A stretch of 64,000 nucleotides of DNA, taken from Candidatus Poribacteria bacterium. GTDB taxonomy: Bacteria; Poribacteria; WGA-4E; WGA-3G. Made by a program: the position numbers and the translations under genes. Shown one piece after another: positions 1 through 12,978 of this stretch. The notes under the pieces were generated by a model. The model was not told where the DNA came from and ran no database searches. It was given only the letters and a program-made list of their open reading frames with translations. Numbering within the stretch: the stretch's first letter is position 1; each line of letters starts with the position of its first letter. Location of the stretch: assembly GCA_965205025.1 (NCBI GenBank), contig CBDBFU010000012.1, positions 160,001-224,000 on the forward strand, written 5' to 3'.

Positions 1-36
1 ACCTCCTTGAACAAGAGGATAGCACAAAAATAAAAT

Positions 37-64
37 TTACCGAATTAAAAAATTAATCTTCATA
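37..64. mobile_element. One end of MITE family B (partner end not visible in the window)
   Basis: TTACCGAATTAAAAAATTAATCTTCAT resembles the right TIR of the complete copy at 53486-53598 (TTACCGAATTATTATTTTAATCTTCAT). Confidence 0.6.
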
Positions 65-93
65 TGTCATTCATACCGTTGATTCCTTGATTC
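65..93 (-). repeat. Partial copy of the mini-element (AATCAAGGAATCAACGGTATGAA core)
   Basis: 70-92 is the exact reverse complement of the 23-mer at 5814-5836 and 31620-31642. Confidence 0.85.
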
Positions 94-383
94 GAGGGGT
101 GAAAGGTGTATCATTGGATAACATTGATATGACCAGTTCTGCTAATCAAGACCAACTTGAGAACTTTATAAACTGTCCAAACTATTATTATAATAGAATA
201 TAGAATCAAATAAGAATTTATAATCAATTTTATGCTTATTGTATGTTAAATCTGCATAAATATTCCATGTAACCTACATTCCGCAGTTGTTTAATAGGTA
301 TAGAAGTAAAAAATGTCTATTTTCCAGATTCATAACTGCGGAGTGTAGGATTAAATGTTTTGTTTATGATATATAATATAGAT

Positions 384-680
384 ATGAACATTGAAAGAAA
401 ACGAGTAAGCGTATCACTCCCGCCCTCTACACACAACAAAGTCGTAAGCCTCGCAGAGCACCTCGAATGTCTTTCGGAAAAAGAAATACCAAAGCCAACA
501 GAAGCTGTCGCAAAGTCGATACGCTTTATACTCGGATTTTTTGATAATGATGAATTCAAAAAATGCTTGGAAATAGAAAGTGGGATTGATACACTCACAT
601 ACATGCGGAAATGCGTCAATAATGGAATGAAAGAAAGTTTATCGGAATATGAACAGCAGAACAAAGGTAGGAAGAAATAA
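384..680 (+). CDS. Small hypothetical protein, possible ribbon-helix-helix DNA-binding N-terminus
   Basis: ORF 360-680, probable ATG at 384; KRVSVSLPPSTHNKVVSLAE is an alternating beta-strand followed by a helix; hairpin follows the stop. Confidence 0.5.
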   Translation: MNIERKRVSVSLPPSTHNKVVSLAEHLECLSEKEIPKPTEAVAKSIRFILGFFDNDEFKKCLEIESGIDTLTYMRKCVNNGMKESLSEYEQQNKGRKK

Positions 681-715
681 AAAAGGCAGATACCCAAAAT
701 AGGACACCTGCCTTT
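681..715. terminator. Hairpin between convergent genes, probable terminator
   Basis: AAAGGCAG...CTGCCTTT inverted repeat between the stops at 680 and 735. Confidence 0.5.
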
Positions 716-734
716 AGTTCTGTTCGTAACACGG

Positions 735-1712
735 CTACTCACTGTTTTGTTGCTTCAGCTGTCCCCACATTATTTTTTTCTTGCCTTGTGGTGTTACAGA
801 AAGCACATCATCACTTATCCAATCCGGTCCGTAATCATCTACAGCAGGCGTGTTTGTCAGGTTAACCATTTCACCTGTAAAAAGATGATACCGGTAAATG
901 TCATGCGTATCAGCGTTCGGCGGCTTGGCTGAAATCAACAGATATTTTCTGCCCATAAAACACGCACTGTGGAGTATCCAGGTGTCAGGGGTATCTACGA
1001 CTTGCCGTTTGTTTACTTTTATATCATGAATGACAACTTTTGTTGAATGACCATTCCATTCTCTATACAGAACAGACTGACTATCAGCAGACCAACGCGG
1101 AGACCTATGAGTACTTCTCCCGTTACCCTTGACAAGTACATGCTGTCCGCTACCATCGGCACGCATCAGATGGATTGTGGTACGCCCGGTAATGCTGTCT
1201 TGATACGCAATATATTTACCATCAGGGGACCAAGCCACTGATGTTGTCAATGAAACGGTGCGTGTCAGTCGCTGTAACGCTTTTGTTTCGATATTTATCC
1301 GCCAGGCATCTTTTTGAGCAGTTCCCGGTTTGGCAAGCCGGTCGCTTGTGAATACGAGGTGTTTACCATCCGGCGACCACGACGCTATCCATTCGTCATC
1401 ATCTCCCTCGGTAGCCCGAAATTCACCTGTGCCATCGCTATTGATGATAAATACGGCAGCAGAAGGCAATTGCAATGGTGCATTAGGTATAACCGGTCGT
1501 TTTCGCAAAAAAGCGATCTGCTTCCCGTCCGGAGACCAAACAGGCCACAAGACACTCCTCCGGTCTACCCTTTTGACTAATATCTTGGCATTACACCCAT
1601 CATCGTCCATCACATAAATACCTAAGCCATAGGAATCGAAAACGATCTTTGCGTGCGTGAGTGTGGGCAACAAAAATAACAAGAAACATAAGGTGAGACG
1701 TAGCAATCGCAT
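735..1712 (-). CDS. Secreted TolB-like (PD40) beta-propeller protein
   Basis: Signal peptide ending LTHA; repeated WSPDG motifs; C-terminal LSVTPQGKKKIMWGQLK. Confidence 0.85.
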   Translation of the reverse strand: MRLLRLTLCFLLFLLPTLTHAKIVFDSYGLGIYVMDDDGCNAKILVKRVDRRSVLWPVWSPDGKQIAFLRKRPVIPNAPLQLPSAAVFIINSDGTGEFRATEGDDDEWIASWSPDGKHLVFTSDRLAKPGTAQKDAWRINIETKALQRLTRTVSLTTSVAWSPDGKYIAYQDSITGRTTIHLMRADGSGQHVLVKGNGRSTHRSPRWSADSQSVLYREWNGHSTKVVIHDIKVNKRQVVDTPDTWILHSACFMGRKYLLISAKPPNADTHDIYRYHLFTGEMVNLTNTPAVDDYGPDWISDDVLSVTPQGKKKIMWGQLKQQNSE

Positions 1713-1783
1713 GAGTTCCCTCCATTTTTACGGTGTGTCGATAGGCACGGTTGTTACCCCGTGCCTATCGTTATTCTATATAA

Positions 1784-1897
1784 TACCATTTCTATTTAAA
1801 CAGTTCACATTACGAGTACTCTTAGAAGTCCCCCTGATAAGGGGGATTTAGGGGGTTTCTTCAATCAGTAATGAGCAATCATCATTTAAAAATGGTA
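1784..1897. mobile_element. MITE family A (TACCATTT...AAATGGTA) carrying a CCCCCTGATAAGGGGG palindrome
   Basis: 8-bp TIRs, about 114 bp; same termini as 20650-20762 and 53425-53667. Confidence 0.55.
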
Positions 1898-2010
1898 AGC
1901 AATATTAAATAATAATCTTGTGATTTTCGTAGGTGTTCAACCCGTAGGGGCGGGGTTTCCCCGCCCGTCATTGACGCACAATATGCATATTTAATATTGA
2001 AAATTGCTTA
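1896..2010. mobile_element. MITE-like element (TAAGCAAT...ATTGCTTA) carrying a GTAG-type REP
   Basis: Inverted termini; internal GTAGGGGCGGGGTTTCCCCGCCC hairpin at about 1945-1967. Confidence 0.5.
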
Positions 2011-2222
2011 GTTTTTAGTTATTAATTTATAGTTTTTAGTTTGTGTTCTAACCCTAATTTTATTCTTATTTTGATAAATATTATTAAGATGTATTTGTGT
2101 TTTTGTGATATATGTATGTTAGTTGCTATAGATGGATGTTTTCTTCATTTTTTATATTTGATTGGTTTCATTTACTTCTTGTTAATGCCATATACTTTAC
2201 ACCCCCTAACAATACTAAATAC

Positions 2223-2251
2223 TTGACTTTATACTCTGTAGATGCTATAAT
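2223..2251 (+). promoter_or_regulatory. Sigma70-type promoter of groL
   Basis: TTGACT-17 bp-TATAAT with extended -10 TG; GGAGG RBS before 2312. Confidence 0.75.
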
Positions 2252-2311
2252 ACAACAACCTAAATCATACATTACTTAGTACTATTTTAATATATTTGAA
2301 GGAGGTTATTT

Positions 2312-3949
2312 ATGACCGCAAAACAAATAATCTTTGATGAAGCGGCGAGGGTTGCGTTAAAACGCGGAGCAGATATTCTGGCAAATGCTGTCAAAGTAAC
2401 CCTCGGACCACGTGGAAGAAACGTGGTAATACAGAAATCTTTCGGTGCCCCAGTGGTAACCAGTGATGGAGTTTCAGTTGCTAAGGAAATTGAACTTCCA
2501 GATCCCTATGAGAATATGGGAGCACAATTACTTGAATCTATCGCAACTAAAACAAATGATGTTGCCGGAGATGGAACAACAACTGCAACAGTCTTAGGTC
2601 AAGAAATTCTTCATGAAGGTCTTAAGAATGTAACAGCAGGGGCAGACCCAATGCAGTTAAAAATCGGCATTGATAAAGCAGTAAATGCAGCATTGTCTGT
2701 AATTTCGTCACAAAGCCGAGAAGTAAATACGCATGAGGAAATATTACAGGTAGCCTCAATTGCTGCAAACGATCCAGCTAATGATAGTAATATCGGCACA
2801 ATTATCGCTGAGGCAATTGAGAAAGTTGGAAACGATGGTGCAATTACTATTGAGGAAGGTAAAACATCAGAGATTGCAGTTGATATTGTTGAAGGAATGC
2901 AATTCGACCGGGGTTTCTTGTCCCCAAACTTTGTGACTGATCAAAAAGATCAAGTTGTTGAATTCGAGAATCCCTATATTCTTATTAATACAGAAAAAAT
3001 CTCTACAGTAGCAGACCTTGTACCAATTATGGAAAAGGTAATGCAGCTTAATCGACCTTTATTGATTATAGCTGAAGATGTTGAGAGTGAAGCATTATCC
3101 ACTTTGGTTGTTAATGCACTTCGTGGTAATCTACAAGTCGCTGCTGTAAAAGCTCCTGGATTCGGAGACCGACGTAAGGAGATGTTAGAGGATATAGCCG
3201 TATTAACCGGTGGACAAGTCATATCGGAAGACACGGGTATACGTTTAGAAAATATCGTTGTAGGAATGTTAGGAACAGCAAGTAGAATTAGAATTGATAA
3301 AGATAATACAACGATTGTTGGTGGTTTCGGAGTAAAAGAGAACATTGAAGGTCGAGTTACACAGATCCGTCGACAAATTGAAGACACAACTTCTGATTAT
3401 GACCGTGAAAAACTTGAAGAACGACTTGCAAAATTAGCTGGTGGTGTAGCGGTAGTCAATGTCGGTGCTGCTACAGAAATAGAAATGAAGGAAAAAAAAG
3501 CACGATGTGAAGATGCACTATCAGCAACACGTGCCGCTATTGAAGAAGGAATTGTTGCGGGTGGTGGAATTGCTTTACTACGGTCAATTTCTGGAATAGA
3601 CGATCTGGAATTACAAGGCGACCAGGATACTGGACTTAGTATCGTTAGAGAAGCACTACGTTCGCCAGTCCGAGCAATTGCTGAAAATGCTGGATTAGAA
3701 GGTTCGGTTATCCTTTCAAACGTAGAAAGTGGTGAAGGTAATTATGGATTCAATGCAGCATCAGAGGAATATGGAGATCTGATGGAAGATGGTGTAATTG
3801 ATCCAACCAAAGTCGTCCGATCTGCGCTCCAAAATGCTTCAAGTATTGCAGGGTTATTATTGACAACGGAAACTCTAATCACAGAAATTGAGGAACCACC
3901 TGAACTCCCAGAAATGGATCCTCATGCCGGCCATGGCCATATGGACTAA
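2312..3949 (+). CDS. groL: Chaperonin GroEL (Cpn60), His-rich C-terminus, no adjacent groES
   Basis: [35 protein letters not shown] motifs; tail PHAGHGHMD. Confidence 0.98.
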   Translation: MTAKQIIFDEAARVALKRGADILANAVKVTLGPRGRNVVIQKSFGAPVVTSDGVSVAKEIELPDPYENMGAQLLESIATKTNDVAGDGTTTATVLGQEILHEGLKNVTAGADPMQLKIGIDKAVNAALSVISSQSREVNTHEEILQVASIAANDPANDSNIGTIIAEAIEKVGNDGAITIEEGKTSEIAVDIVEGMQFDRGFLSPNFVTDQKDQVVEFENPYILINTEKISTVADLVPIMEKVMQLNRPLLIIAEDVESEALSTLVVNALRGNLQVAAVKAPGFGDRRKEMLEDIAVLTGGQVISEDTGIRLENIVVGMLGTASRIRIDKDNTTIVGGFGVKENIEGRVTQIRRQIEDTTSDYDREKLEERLAKLAGGVAVVNVGAATEIEMKEKKARCEDALSATRAAIEEGIVAGGGIALLRSISGIDDLELQGDQDTGLSIVREALRSPVRAIAENAGLEGSVILSNVESGEGNYGFNAASEEYGDLMEDGVIDPTKVVRSALQNASSIAGLLLTTETLITEIEEPPELPEMDPHAGHGHMD

Positions 3950-3963
3950 CTAATATACTCCTG

Positions 3964-3998
3964 TATGTAAGCACCTGATAATGTAAGGTGCTTACATA
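3964..3998 (+). terminator. Stem-loop after groL
   Basis: TATGTAAGCACCT...AGGTGCTTACATA 13-bp stem. Confidence 0.65.
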
Positions 3999-4003
3999 TC
4001 ACA

Positions 4004-4224
4004 ATGGAAAGTTATAAGGCAGGGAAATATACCCGAATTGTTTGAAGTTAATGCAGAAGTTTCAACACATAATCAATGACGAATTCGTAGTACTCACCGA
4101 CAAACTACCACGCGATAATCAAACAACTCTCACCAAACAATTTCAATTTTTACGAACCAATCCACTTCATCCATCGCTCAGATTCAAAAAAGTGTCAGGA
4201 CGATGGTCCCTCTGTGTCAATTAA
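4004..4224 (+). pseudogene. Degenerate, truncated RelE/ParE-like toxin with antitoxin C-terminal remnant
   Basis: LPRDNQTTLTKQFQFLRTNPLHPSLRFKKVSGRWSL resembles the RelE-fold NPxHPSLxFKK motif; stops early; upstream fragment YKAGKYTRIV*. Confidence 0.55.
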
Positions 4225-4235
4225 AGCGTTCCTAT

Positions 4236-5597
4236 TCACTTATTAAGAATACGCAGTGTTTTCTCGGCGCGAGTTTTGGTAGTTACATCGCCTGCCTTTA
4301 TCGCAAGTTGTATAGCAGTGCGGAGATCTTGCTTTGCTTCCAGTTTCCGCCCTTGTAAAAGAGCCTTCGAAAGTCCCCGATTGAGGTATGCACTGGCATC
4401 ATCAGGATTTAGTCGGATAGCAATGTCAAGATCCGAAATCGCAGCAAAGTATTGTTCCAAATAAGTCTTCACAATTCCCCGATTGATATATGCCTTGGTA
4501 TCATTAGGTTTTAGTCGTATGGCGGTGTCGTAATCAGTGATAGCAGCAGAGTATTGTTTGAAGTAAACCTTCATATTTCCCCGATTGTAGTATGCCTTGG
4601 CATAATCAGGTTCAAGTTGGATAGCAATGTCAAAATCCGAAATCGCAGCAAAGTATTGTTCCAAGTAAACCTTCACATTTCCCCGATTGTAGTATGCCTT
4701 GGCATCATTAGGTTTTAGTCGTATGGCGGTGTCGTAATCAGTGATAGCAGCGAAGTATTGTTCTAACTTTGCCTTCGCAAGTCCCCTATTGTAGTATGTA
4801 CTGGCATAATCAGGTTCAAGTCGTATAGCCATTGTATAGTTTGCGATGGCACCCGCATAATCGCCTAAATCGTACTTTGCATTGCCCCATTGAAAGTAAG
4901 TATCAGCAGATATAGATTGTTCTCTTGGCAATAAGGGTTTTGCTATCTTTGGCTGTTCAAGCAGTTTATTAAGATATTTTGATGGAATAGCGAAATTGAG
5001 ATTCTGTGCATCCAAAGCACGATGAACCGCAACGGAAACTCCAATAACTTCACCCTTTTTGTTTAGCACAGGACCGCCACTGCTTCCTGGTGAAATCGGG
5101 GCAGTCATCTGCAGGCGTTCTTTTGTGTATTTATCGCGACGACTACTAATAATACCATCCGAGAACGTGCCTTCTAAACCTTTCGGGTTGCCGGCAACAT
5201 AAACCGTCGCACCAATTTTTACTATGTCACTGTTGCCGAGAGAAAGTGGCTTGATACCGTAAGAAGTGACCTTTAGAAGTGCGAGGTCATTTGTTTTGTC
5301 CGTTGCTGTAACACCTTCAATTTTGTATGTGGTGTATTTGCCAACTAACTTTGCTGTGCCTTTTGCAGCACCTTCAATGACGTGGTAGTTGGTAGCAATT
5401 AGATTCGGTTTTACAAAGAACCCGCTGCCGATGCCCAAGGTTTTGCCATTGTTATCCTTCATTTCCAAGTATACTGTTGCTGCTAATGCTTTTTCAGCAA
5501 TATCTTCAGCTGGTAGCGTTGTTTGGGTAGGGGCAGTGCTTATTGTGAAAAAGAGGAGTAAAGCTATAATAGCGGATAATTTATGTCTATATTTCAT
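4236..5597 (-). CDS. Secreted trypsin-like serine protease with C-terminal TPR array
   Basis: Signal peptide; TNYHV, DLALL, PGSSGGP catalytic triad; about six 34-aa TPRs; probable start MKYRH. Confidence 0.92.
   Translation of the reverse strand: MKYRHKLSAIIALLLFFTISTAPTQTTLPAEDIAEKALAATVYLEMKDNNGKTLGIGSGFFVKPNLIATNYHVIEGAAKGTAKLVGKYTTYKIEGVTATDKTNDLALLKVTSYGIKPLSLGNSDIVKIGATVYVAGNPKGLEGTFSDGIISSRRDKYTKERLQMTAPISPGSSGGPVLNKKGEVIGVSVAVHRALDAQNLNFAIPSKYLNKLLEQPKIAKPLLPREQSISADTYFQWGNAKYDLGDYAGAIANYTMAIRLEPDYASTYYNRGLAKAKLEQYFAAITDYDTAIRLKPNDAKAYYNRGNVKVYLEQYFAAISDFDIAIQLEPDYAKAYYNRGNMKVYFKQYSAAITDYDTAIRLKPNDTKAYINRGIVKTYLEQYFAAISDLDIAIRLNPDDASAYLNRGLSKALLQGRKLEAKQDLRTAIQLAIKAGDVTTKTRAEKTLRILNK
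4415..4764. repeat. 204-bp-period near-identical TPR duplication
   Basis: 4415-4560 and 4619-4764 align with few substitutions. Confidence 0.8.
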
Positions 5598-5732
5598 AAG
5601 GTGTTCCTTGTGAGTGACACCTGATTTAAGAAGTTTGTCAAATCGGATTAGTAAGGATCTTTGCAAGGATGCACAGATCGGATTCTGTAGATAATGTTTA
5701 GAGTGAGACCTAAAAGTATGTACATACTCTCT

Positions 5733-5899
5733 GGTAGATGTGGTTTCCTAACCCCATCTATGGGACTTTGCAAAACAACGGTTCGGTTAGGAAACCGAAC
5801 CTACCATTCGGTGAATCAAGGAATCAACGGTATGAACGCCTTTTGGTGTTCCCCAGATATGAATGCCGATTAGGCATTCCCAAGGAAACCGAACCTACC
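5733..5899. repeat. REP cluster (GGTAGGTTCGGTTTCCTAACCGAACC family); third copy interrupted by a 70-bp mini-element
   Basis: Degenerate REP 5733-5760, inverted intact REP 5780-5805, split REP TTCGGT|5813-5882|AGGAAACCGAACCTACC. Confidence 0.85.
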
Positions 5900-5953
5900 A
5901 TAGTGTGTAAATAATAAAGACTTTTACTATAAATCCCATAATACTTATCTATC

Positions 5954-6403
5954 CTACCAACCACTATCCCAATCACAGTCTAAACAAAATATCTCAGATG
6001 GACCTAAACACTGAATTCTGTTACTACTACAGGATGGACATTCAGTTATATCATTCTTACCAGCATTTTCAGATTCACGAATGATATTGAGATGGTAGAC
6101 CTTCATCATACCTGAATAACGATGCCCTAAAGGACATCTTATAATGTTAGAACCCTCTTGTTCAAATCGTTCTATCATCTCTCTGAGAAATTTAAGCTGA
6201 TGGTGACAAATCGGACAGGGGTTAGGAACTAATTCTTTTACAACAACAATATCTGTGTCTTCAGAACGAACGGATAATGGCGGGAAGGCAAGTTGATTTT
6301 CAGCTTTGGAGCTATCCGGACTATTACCTTTAGGGGATTTTAGTATTTCGGCAACAACTTTTTCATAACTCTCGGGACTCAGAATTACCGATGTTGGAAC
6401 CAT
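5954..6403 (-). CDS. Hypothetical double zinc-ribbon protein
   Basis: CPIC...CPLGH and CPSC...CLDC; AAAGGTGG RBS before ATG 6403. Confidence 0.6.
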   Translation of the reverse strand: MVPTSVILSPESYEKVVAEILKSPKGNSPDSSKAENQLAFPPLSVRSEDTDIVVVKELVPNPCPICHHQLKFLREMIERFEQEGSNIIRCPLGHRYSGMMKVYHLNIIRESENAGKNDITECPSCSSNRIQCLGPSEIFCLDCDWDSGW

Positions 6404-6699
6404 CGTTCCACCTTTCAAACTGGAAATAAGCTTATAAATGCGATTTAAAATGATTCACTCCTCCTATATTGCAGTGTATCTGTTCCAAATCGGTATTATA
6501 CCTAAGTATGGTTAAAATCTAAGTTGGCTATAACATTTGGATTGTGATAAAAATCAATGTTATCAGTTACTTACTTAAGTTAAACTGATAACTTACTTGC
6601 GTCATAGTAATAGAATGAATAATAAAAGGATAGAATCCAAGGACGTTGGATTCCCAGTCTACTCAACAAACTGTCCTATCTAAAACCACTAACAAAGTA

Positions 6700-7086
6700 C
6701 TATTGGCTCTGTATTTCTACCGGTTTTATAGCAGTTTCACTGGCTAATAATTCTTCACGAGAACGCGATAACGCGGATGGACTCCGTTGTTGTCGGTATG
6801 TATCCTCAGATTGGTGTTTATATAGCATGATGTCATCACCATCACGTTCTATATAATCTCCTGCCATAACAGTAGTCTCAGTTTTTCTCATACTTGTAAT
6901 GAAGTTTATTGATACTTTACCTGATTCAAGTAAATGTATCTGCCATCCATTCTCGGTTTTAACATGGTTAAAACTATGAGTAATATCTATTGACTGTACT
7001 TGTTGTACATTAAAGACAATACCACTCTTAGGGTTGTTATCACTGTTTTCTACTTGATTTTCATTCACTTCGTTTTCGTTAGCCAT
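6700..7086 (-). CDS. Hypothetical protein
   Basis: 128-aa ORF with GGAGG RBS; no motif recognised. Confidence 0.65.
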   Translation of the reverse strand: MANENEVNENQVENSDNNPKSGIVFNVQQVQSIDITHSFNHVKTENGWQIHLLESGKVSINFITSMRKTETTVMAGDYIERDGDDIMLYKHQSEDTYRQQRSPSALSRSREELLASETAIKPVEIQSQ

Positions 7087-7246
7087 TTCTTTCCTCCTAC
7101 CTATAATCGTATACCCAATTTTACCTAAACAAATAGATATTTGTCAAATCAATTTCTGTTTACACTATGTATCAATCTGCTTGTATTGTTCGGGTAATAT
7201 ATGCTATACTGTATACATCCTTGGAATAAAGAGAGGGAAAATATAG

Positions 7247-7927
7247 ATGACTTTTGCCTTTCAAAATATATTAGATTTATCATATATCGTAGATGAAAAC
7301 AGCCCAAGAGAACTACCTATTGACCCTGTCCATATCTATGATCAAGCAACATTAGAAAAAGACGGTTACTTTGAAAGCCGTGTTGATATGTCAGGACATT
7401 GTTCTACACATATTGACACACCTTGTTTAATGTATCCAGATGGTTTTACCGTCGCAGAAATTCCTGAAGAAAAACTATATGGATCTGCAATATTAATGGA
7501 TTTTTCAACAGTAAAAAAACCAAAGGATTCTGTAACCGCAGCGGATATTCAAGATTGGATAGCTGAAAACGGTGATATTCCTAAGGATAGTATCCTCTTT
7601 ATGCGGACAGGTATGGATAGATACGTTTATCAATATAACTTCAACCGAGAATGGATTGGTTTCAGTGAGGATGCAGCAGAATTACTCGTAGAGAAAGGTA
7701 TTAAGGTCATCGGTACAGATGCATGTAGTATTGATGCTGTTGCTGGTCATCCACCACTCCATGATGGTCTACCGCCGGCTCATCTCGTCTTTCTTGGGGC
7801 AGGAATTCCACATGTTGAAGACCTTTGCAACTTAAGCCAATTGCCCACTCATTTTCAGGTAGTGATTGCACCACTTAAACTTGCTCGTAGTTCGGGCGCG
7901 CCAACCAGAGTTTTTGCATTTCTATAA
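7247..7927 (+). CDS. Cyclase family (kynurenine formamidase-like) metal hydrolase
   Basis: HCSTHIDTP, IGTDACSID, VEDL, PLKL-SGAPTRV motifs. Confidence 0.9.
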   Translation: MTFAFQNILDLSYIVDENSPRELPIDPVHIYDQATLEKDGYFESRVDMSGHCSTHIDTPCLMYPDGFTVAEIPEEKLYGSAILMDFSTVKKPKDSVTAADIQDWIAENGDIPKDSILFMRTGMDRYVYQYNFNREWIGFSEDAAELLVEKGIKVIGTDACSIDAVAGHPPLHDGLPPAHLVFLGAGIPHVEDLCNLSQLPTHFQVVIAPLKLARSSGAPTRVFAFL

Positions 7928-7985
7928 TCTAATATAAAGCATATATTCCATGTGATAGCATCACTGCAACACCTATTCAGGTAAA

Positions 7986-9437
7986 ATGGAACTACATATC
8001 CCAGAACCACTCTTAACAACATTACATGAAATTGGGGATATTGCAGGTGAGAATGCTTATCTCGTGGGAGGGTCGGTACGTGATCTATTATTAAAAAGAG
8101 AAAACCTTGATATTGATATTGTTGTTGTAGGTGATGGAGTTCAATTAGCTACAGAGATGCATAGAGTTTGGAAAGGGAAAATACAGGTTCATCAACAATT
8201 CGGCACTGCATCTGTTACACCGGAAAACCCAGATAAACCTAAAGTTGATTTTGTCACAGCACGGTGCGAAACGTATAATAAATCTGGAACGTTACCTAAG
8301 GTAGTTCCTGGTTCAATTACAGATGATGTGCACAGGAGAGATTTTACCATCAACGCATTGGCAATGCAGATAGATACATCCAACTTTGGAACTATCATTG
8401 ACAAGGTTAGTGGTATTAATGATCTTAGAAGCAGGACAATACAAGTACTTCACGAAAAAAGTTATACTGATGATCCAACGCGTATTTTTCGAGCGTTTAG
8501 GTATGCAGGTAGATATAATTTTAACATTACAGAATCAGATCGTAATCTAATTAATGATGCTTTACCATATCTATCAGAAATCAGTGGTGAACGTATACGG
8601 AATGAAATAGATAGAGTTTTACTCGAACCTAACGCACCCCAAATACTAAATGAACTTGCCAAATCCGGTATTTTTAGTACAATATCACCACAATGGAAGA
8701 TCCCACCCTCTTTCCCAGAAGATTTTCAGATAGCACATAAGGCAATTTCTTGGTCATCACAATACATTAAAAAAGATAATATCTGTTCAAACATAATTCT
8801 TTGGATGACCTTATTTGGTATACAAGACAAAACAGGAATACCCACATATATTGTAGAATATCTATGTTTTAGATTGGTATTAGAACACAAACTTGGAAAA
8901 ATTAATGGAGATATAAGACACAAACCATCCACATTTTCAACTAAAGAACTCAATACAATAAATACATCGGAATTTGTGATTGATTTATCAGAAAATATAT
9001 CAAAGGAACATCACAATGGAAAATGGTGTATAATTGACAATGAAAAGAAGAAAACTTTAGTATATGAAGATGGAATTGCATATAAGATTATATCACCAAT
9101 TACTACGTTTCAGTGCTTGTATTCTGTATTAGATTCATTAGATGCAACCATCACATCAAGTGAAATATATCGAATATTAAAACCATATCCTCTTGAGGCA
9201 TTAGTTCTAAGTTTATCTGATCCTAATTTATCAAAAATTCAATACTATAATATAAAAGAGTATTTATTAACCTTGAGATTTGTTCAACCTTTAATTAATG
9301 GAAATGACTTAATACAGTGGGGAGAAAAACCAGGGAAAAACTTTGCTTCTATACTCAAAACCATATTCTCAGAACAATTGGATGGTAACATTAGATCAAA
9401 GTCAGAAGCATATACTTATTTTAAACAAAGCAGATAG
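7986..9437 (+). CDS. Class II tRNA nucleotidyltransferase (CCA- or A-adding)
   Basis: VGGSVRDLL-DIDI, RRDFTINA, DDPTRIFR, ERIRNE motifs. Confidence 0.9.
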   Translation: MELHIPEPLLTTLHEIGDIAGENAYLVGGSVRDLLLKRENLDIDIVVVGDGVQLATEMHRVWKGKIQVHQQFGTASVTPENPDKPKVDFVTARCETYNKSGTLPKVVPGSITDDVHRRDFTINALAMQIDTSNFGTIIDKVSGINDLRSRTIQVLHEKSYTDDPTRIFRAFRYAGRYNFNITESDRNLINDALPYLSEISGERIRNEIDRVLLEPNAPQILNELAKSGIFSTISPQWKIPPSFPEDFQIAHKAISWSSQYIKKDNICSNIILWMTLFGIQDKTGIPTYIVEYLCFRLVLEHKLGKINGDIRHKPSTFSTKELNTINTSEFVIDLSENISKEHHNGKWCIIDNEKKKTLVYEDGIAYKIISPITTFQCLYSVLDSLDATITSSEIYRILKPYPLEALVLSLSDPNLSKIQYYNIKEYLLTLRFVQPLINGNDLIQWGEKPGKNFASILKTIFSEQLDGNIRSKSEAYTYFKQSR

Positions 9438-9496
9438 AAGATAAACTATCTTTTATTACAAAAAACAATTTGGAATTGAATATACTATAATAATCT

Positions 9497-10179
9497 ATGC
9501 TATCAACAGCACAAATATACCAAGCGATCCTTATCGTCACACAATTCATCATACTCCTAACTTTCCATGAATGGGGACATGCGAAATCAGCATATATGTT
9601 GGGGGATTCAACCGCACGCGACAAGGACGGATGTCCCTTAATCCGGCAGTACATATAGATCCGATTGGCACACTGTTCCTACCACTAATTGGGTCATTAT
9701 TTGGTGGGTTCTTTTTTGGTTGGGCAAAACCTGTACCTGTTAATCCATATAATCTCAAAAATCCCAGATTCGATATCATGTTAATTGCTGCTGCAGGACC
9801 ATTGATGAATATTCTATTAACAATTGTATCTTCATCGTAATCAGAGTATTGGAATTAACCATTAACTTCACACCTTATTCATCAACAACACACAATGCTA
9901 TTTACCAATTCATGAAGACTTCTGCTTTGATAAGTGTGTTCCTTGCTGCCTTTAATATGCTACCGCTTTTTCCATTAGATGGATTTAGCGTTGTTAACGG
10001 TTTATTACCAGAACGCGCATCGCGGCAATTTTTCAAAACTTGCTCCTTATGGTATGCCAATTTTAATGCTTTTGTTGTTTGTTCCATATATTATACGTGT
10101 CTACAACCCTCTTCAAATCATTGCTGTAATCAGCTACGCCATCTATGACGGTCTTGGAAAAATTATCGGTGTTTTATAA
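9497..10179 (+). CDS. Site-2 protease (M50 Zn metalloprotease), 3 apparent frameshifts
   Basis: HEWGH, SLNP, GWAKPVPVNP, AAGP and FNMLPLFPLDG motifs spread over successive frames. Confidence 0.85.
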
Positions 10180-10210
10180 AATAATTCCAAAATACGAATA
10201 ATCTACAAGA

Positions 10211-12978
<2,768 letters not shown>

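Noticed and set aside
2276-2302. CIRCE operator upstream of groL
   Set aside because: TTAGTACTA only loosely resembles a half-site, and no GAGTGCTAA arm follows.
4415-4764. DGR template/variable repeat pair
   Set aside because: Both copies are in-frame TPR units in one gene, differences are not adenine-specific, and there is no reverse transcriptase in the window.
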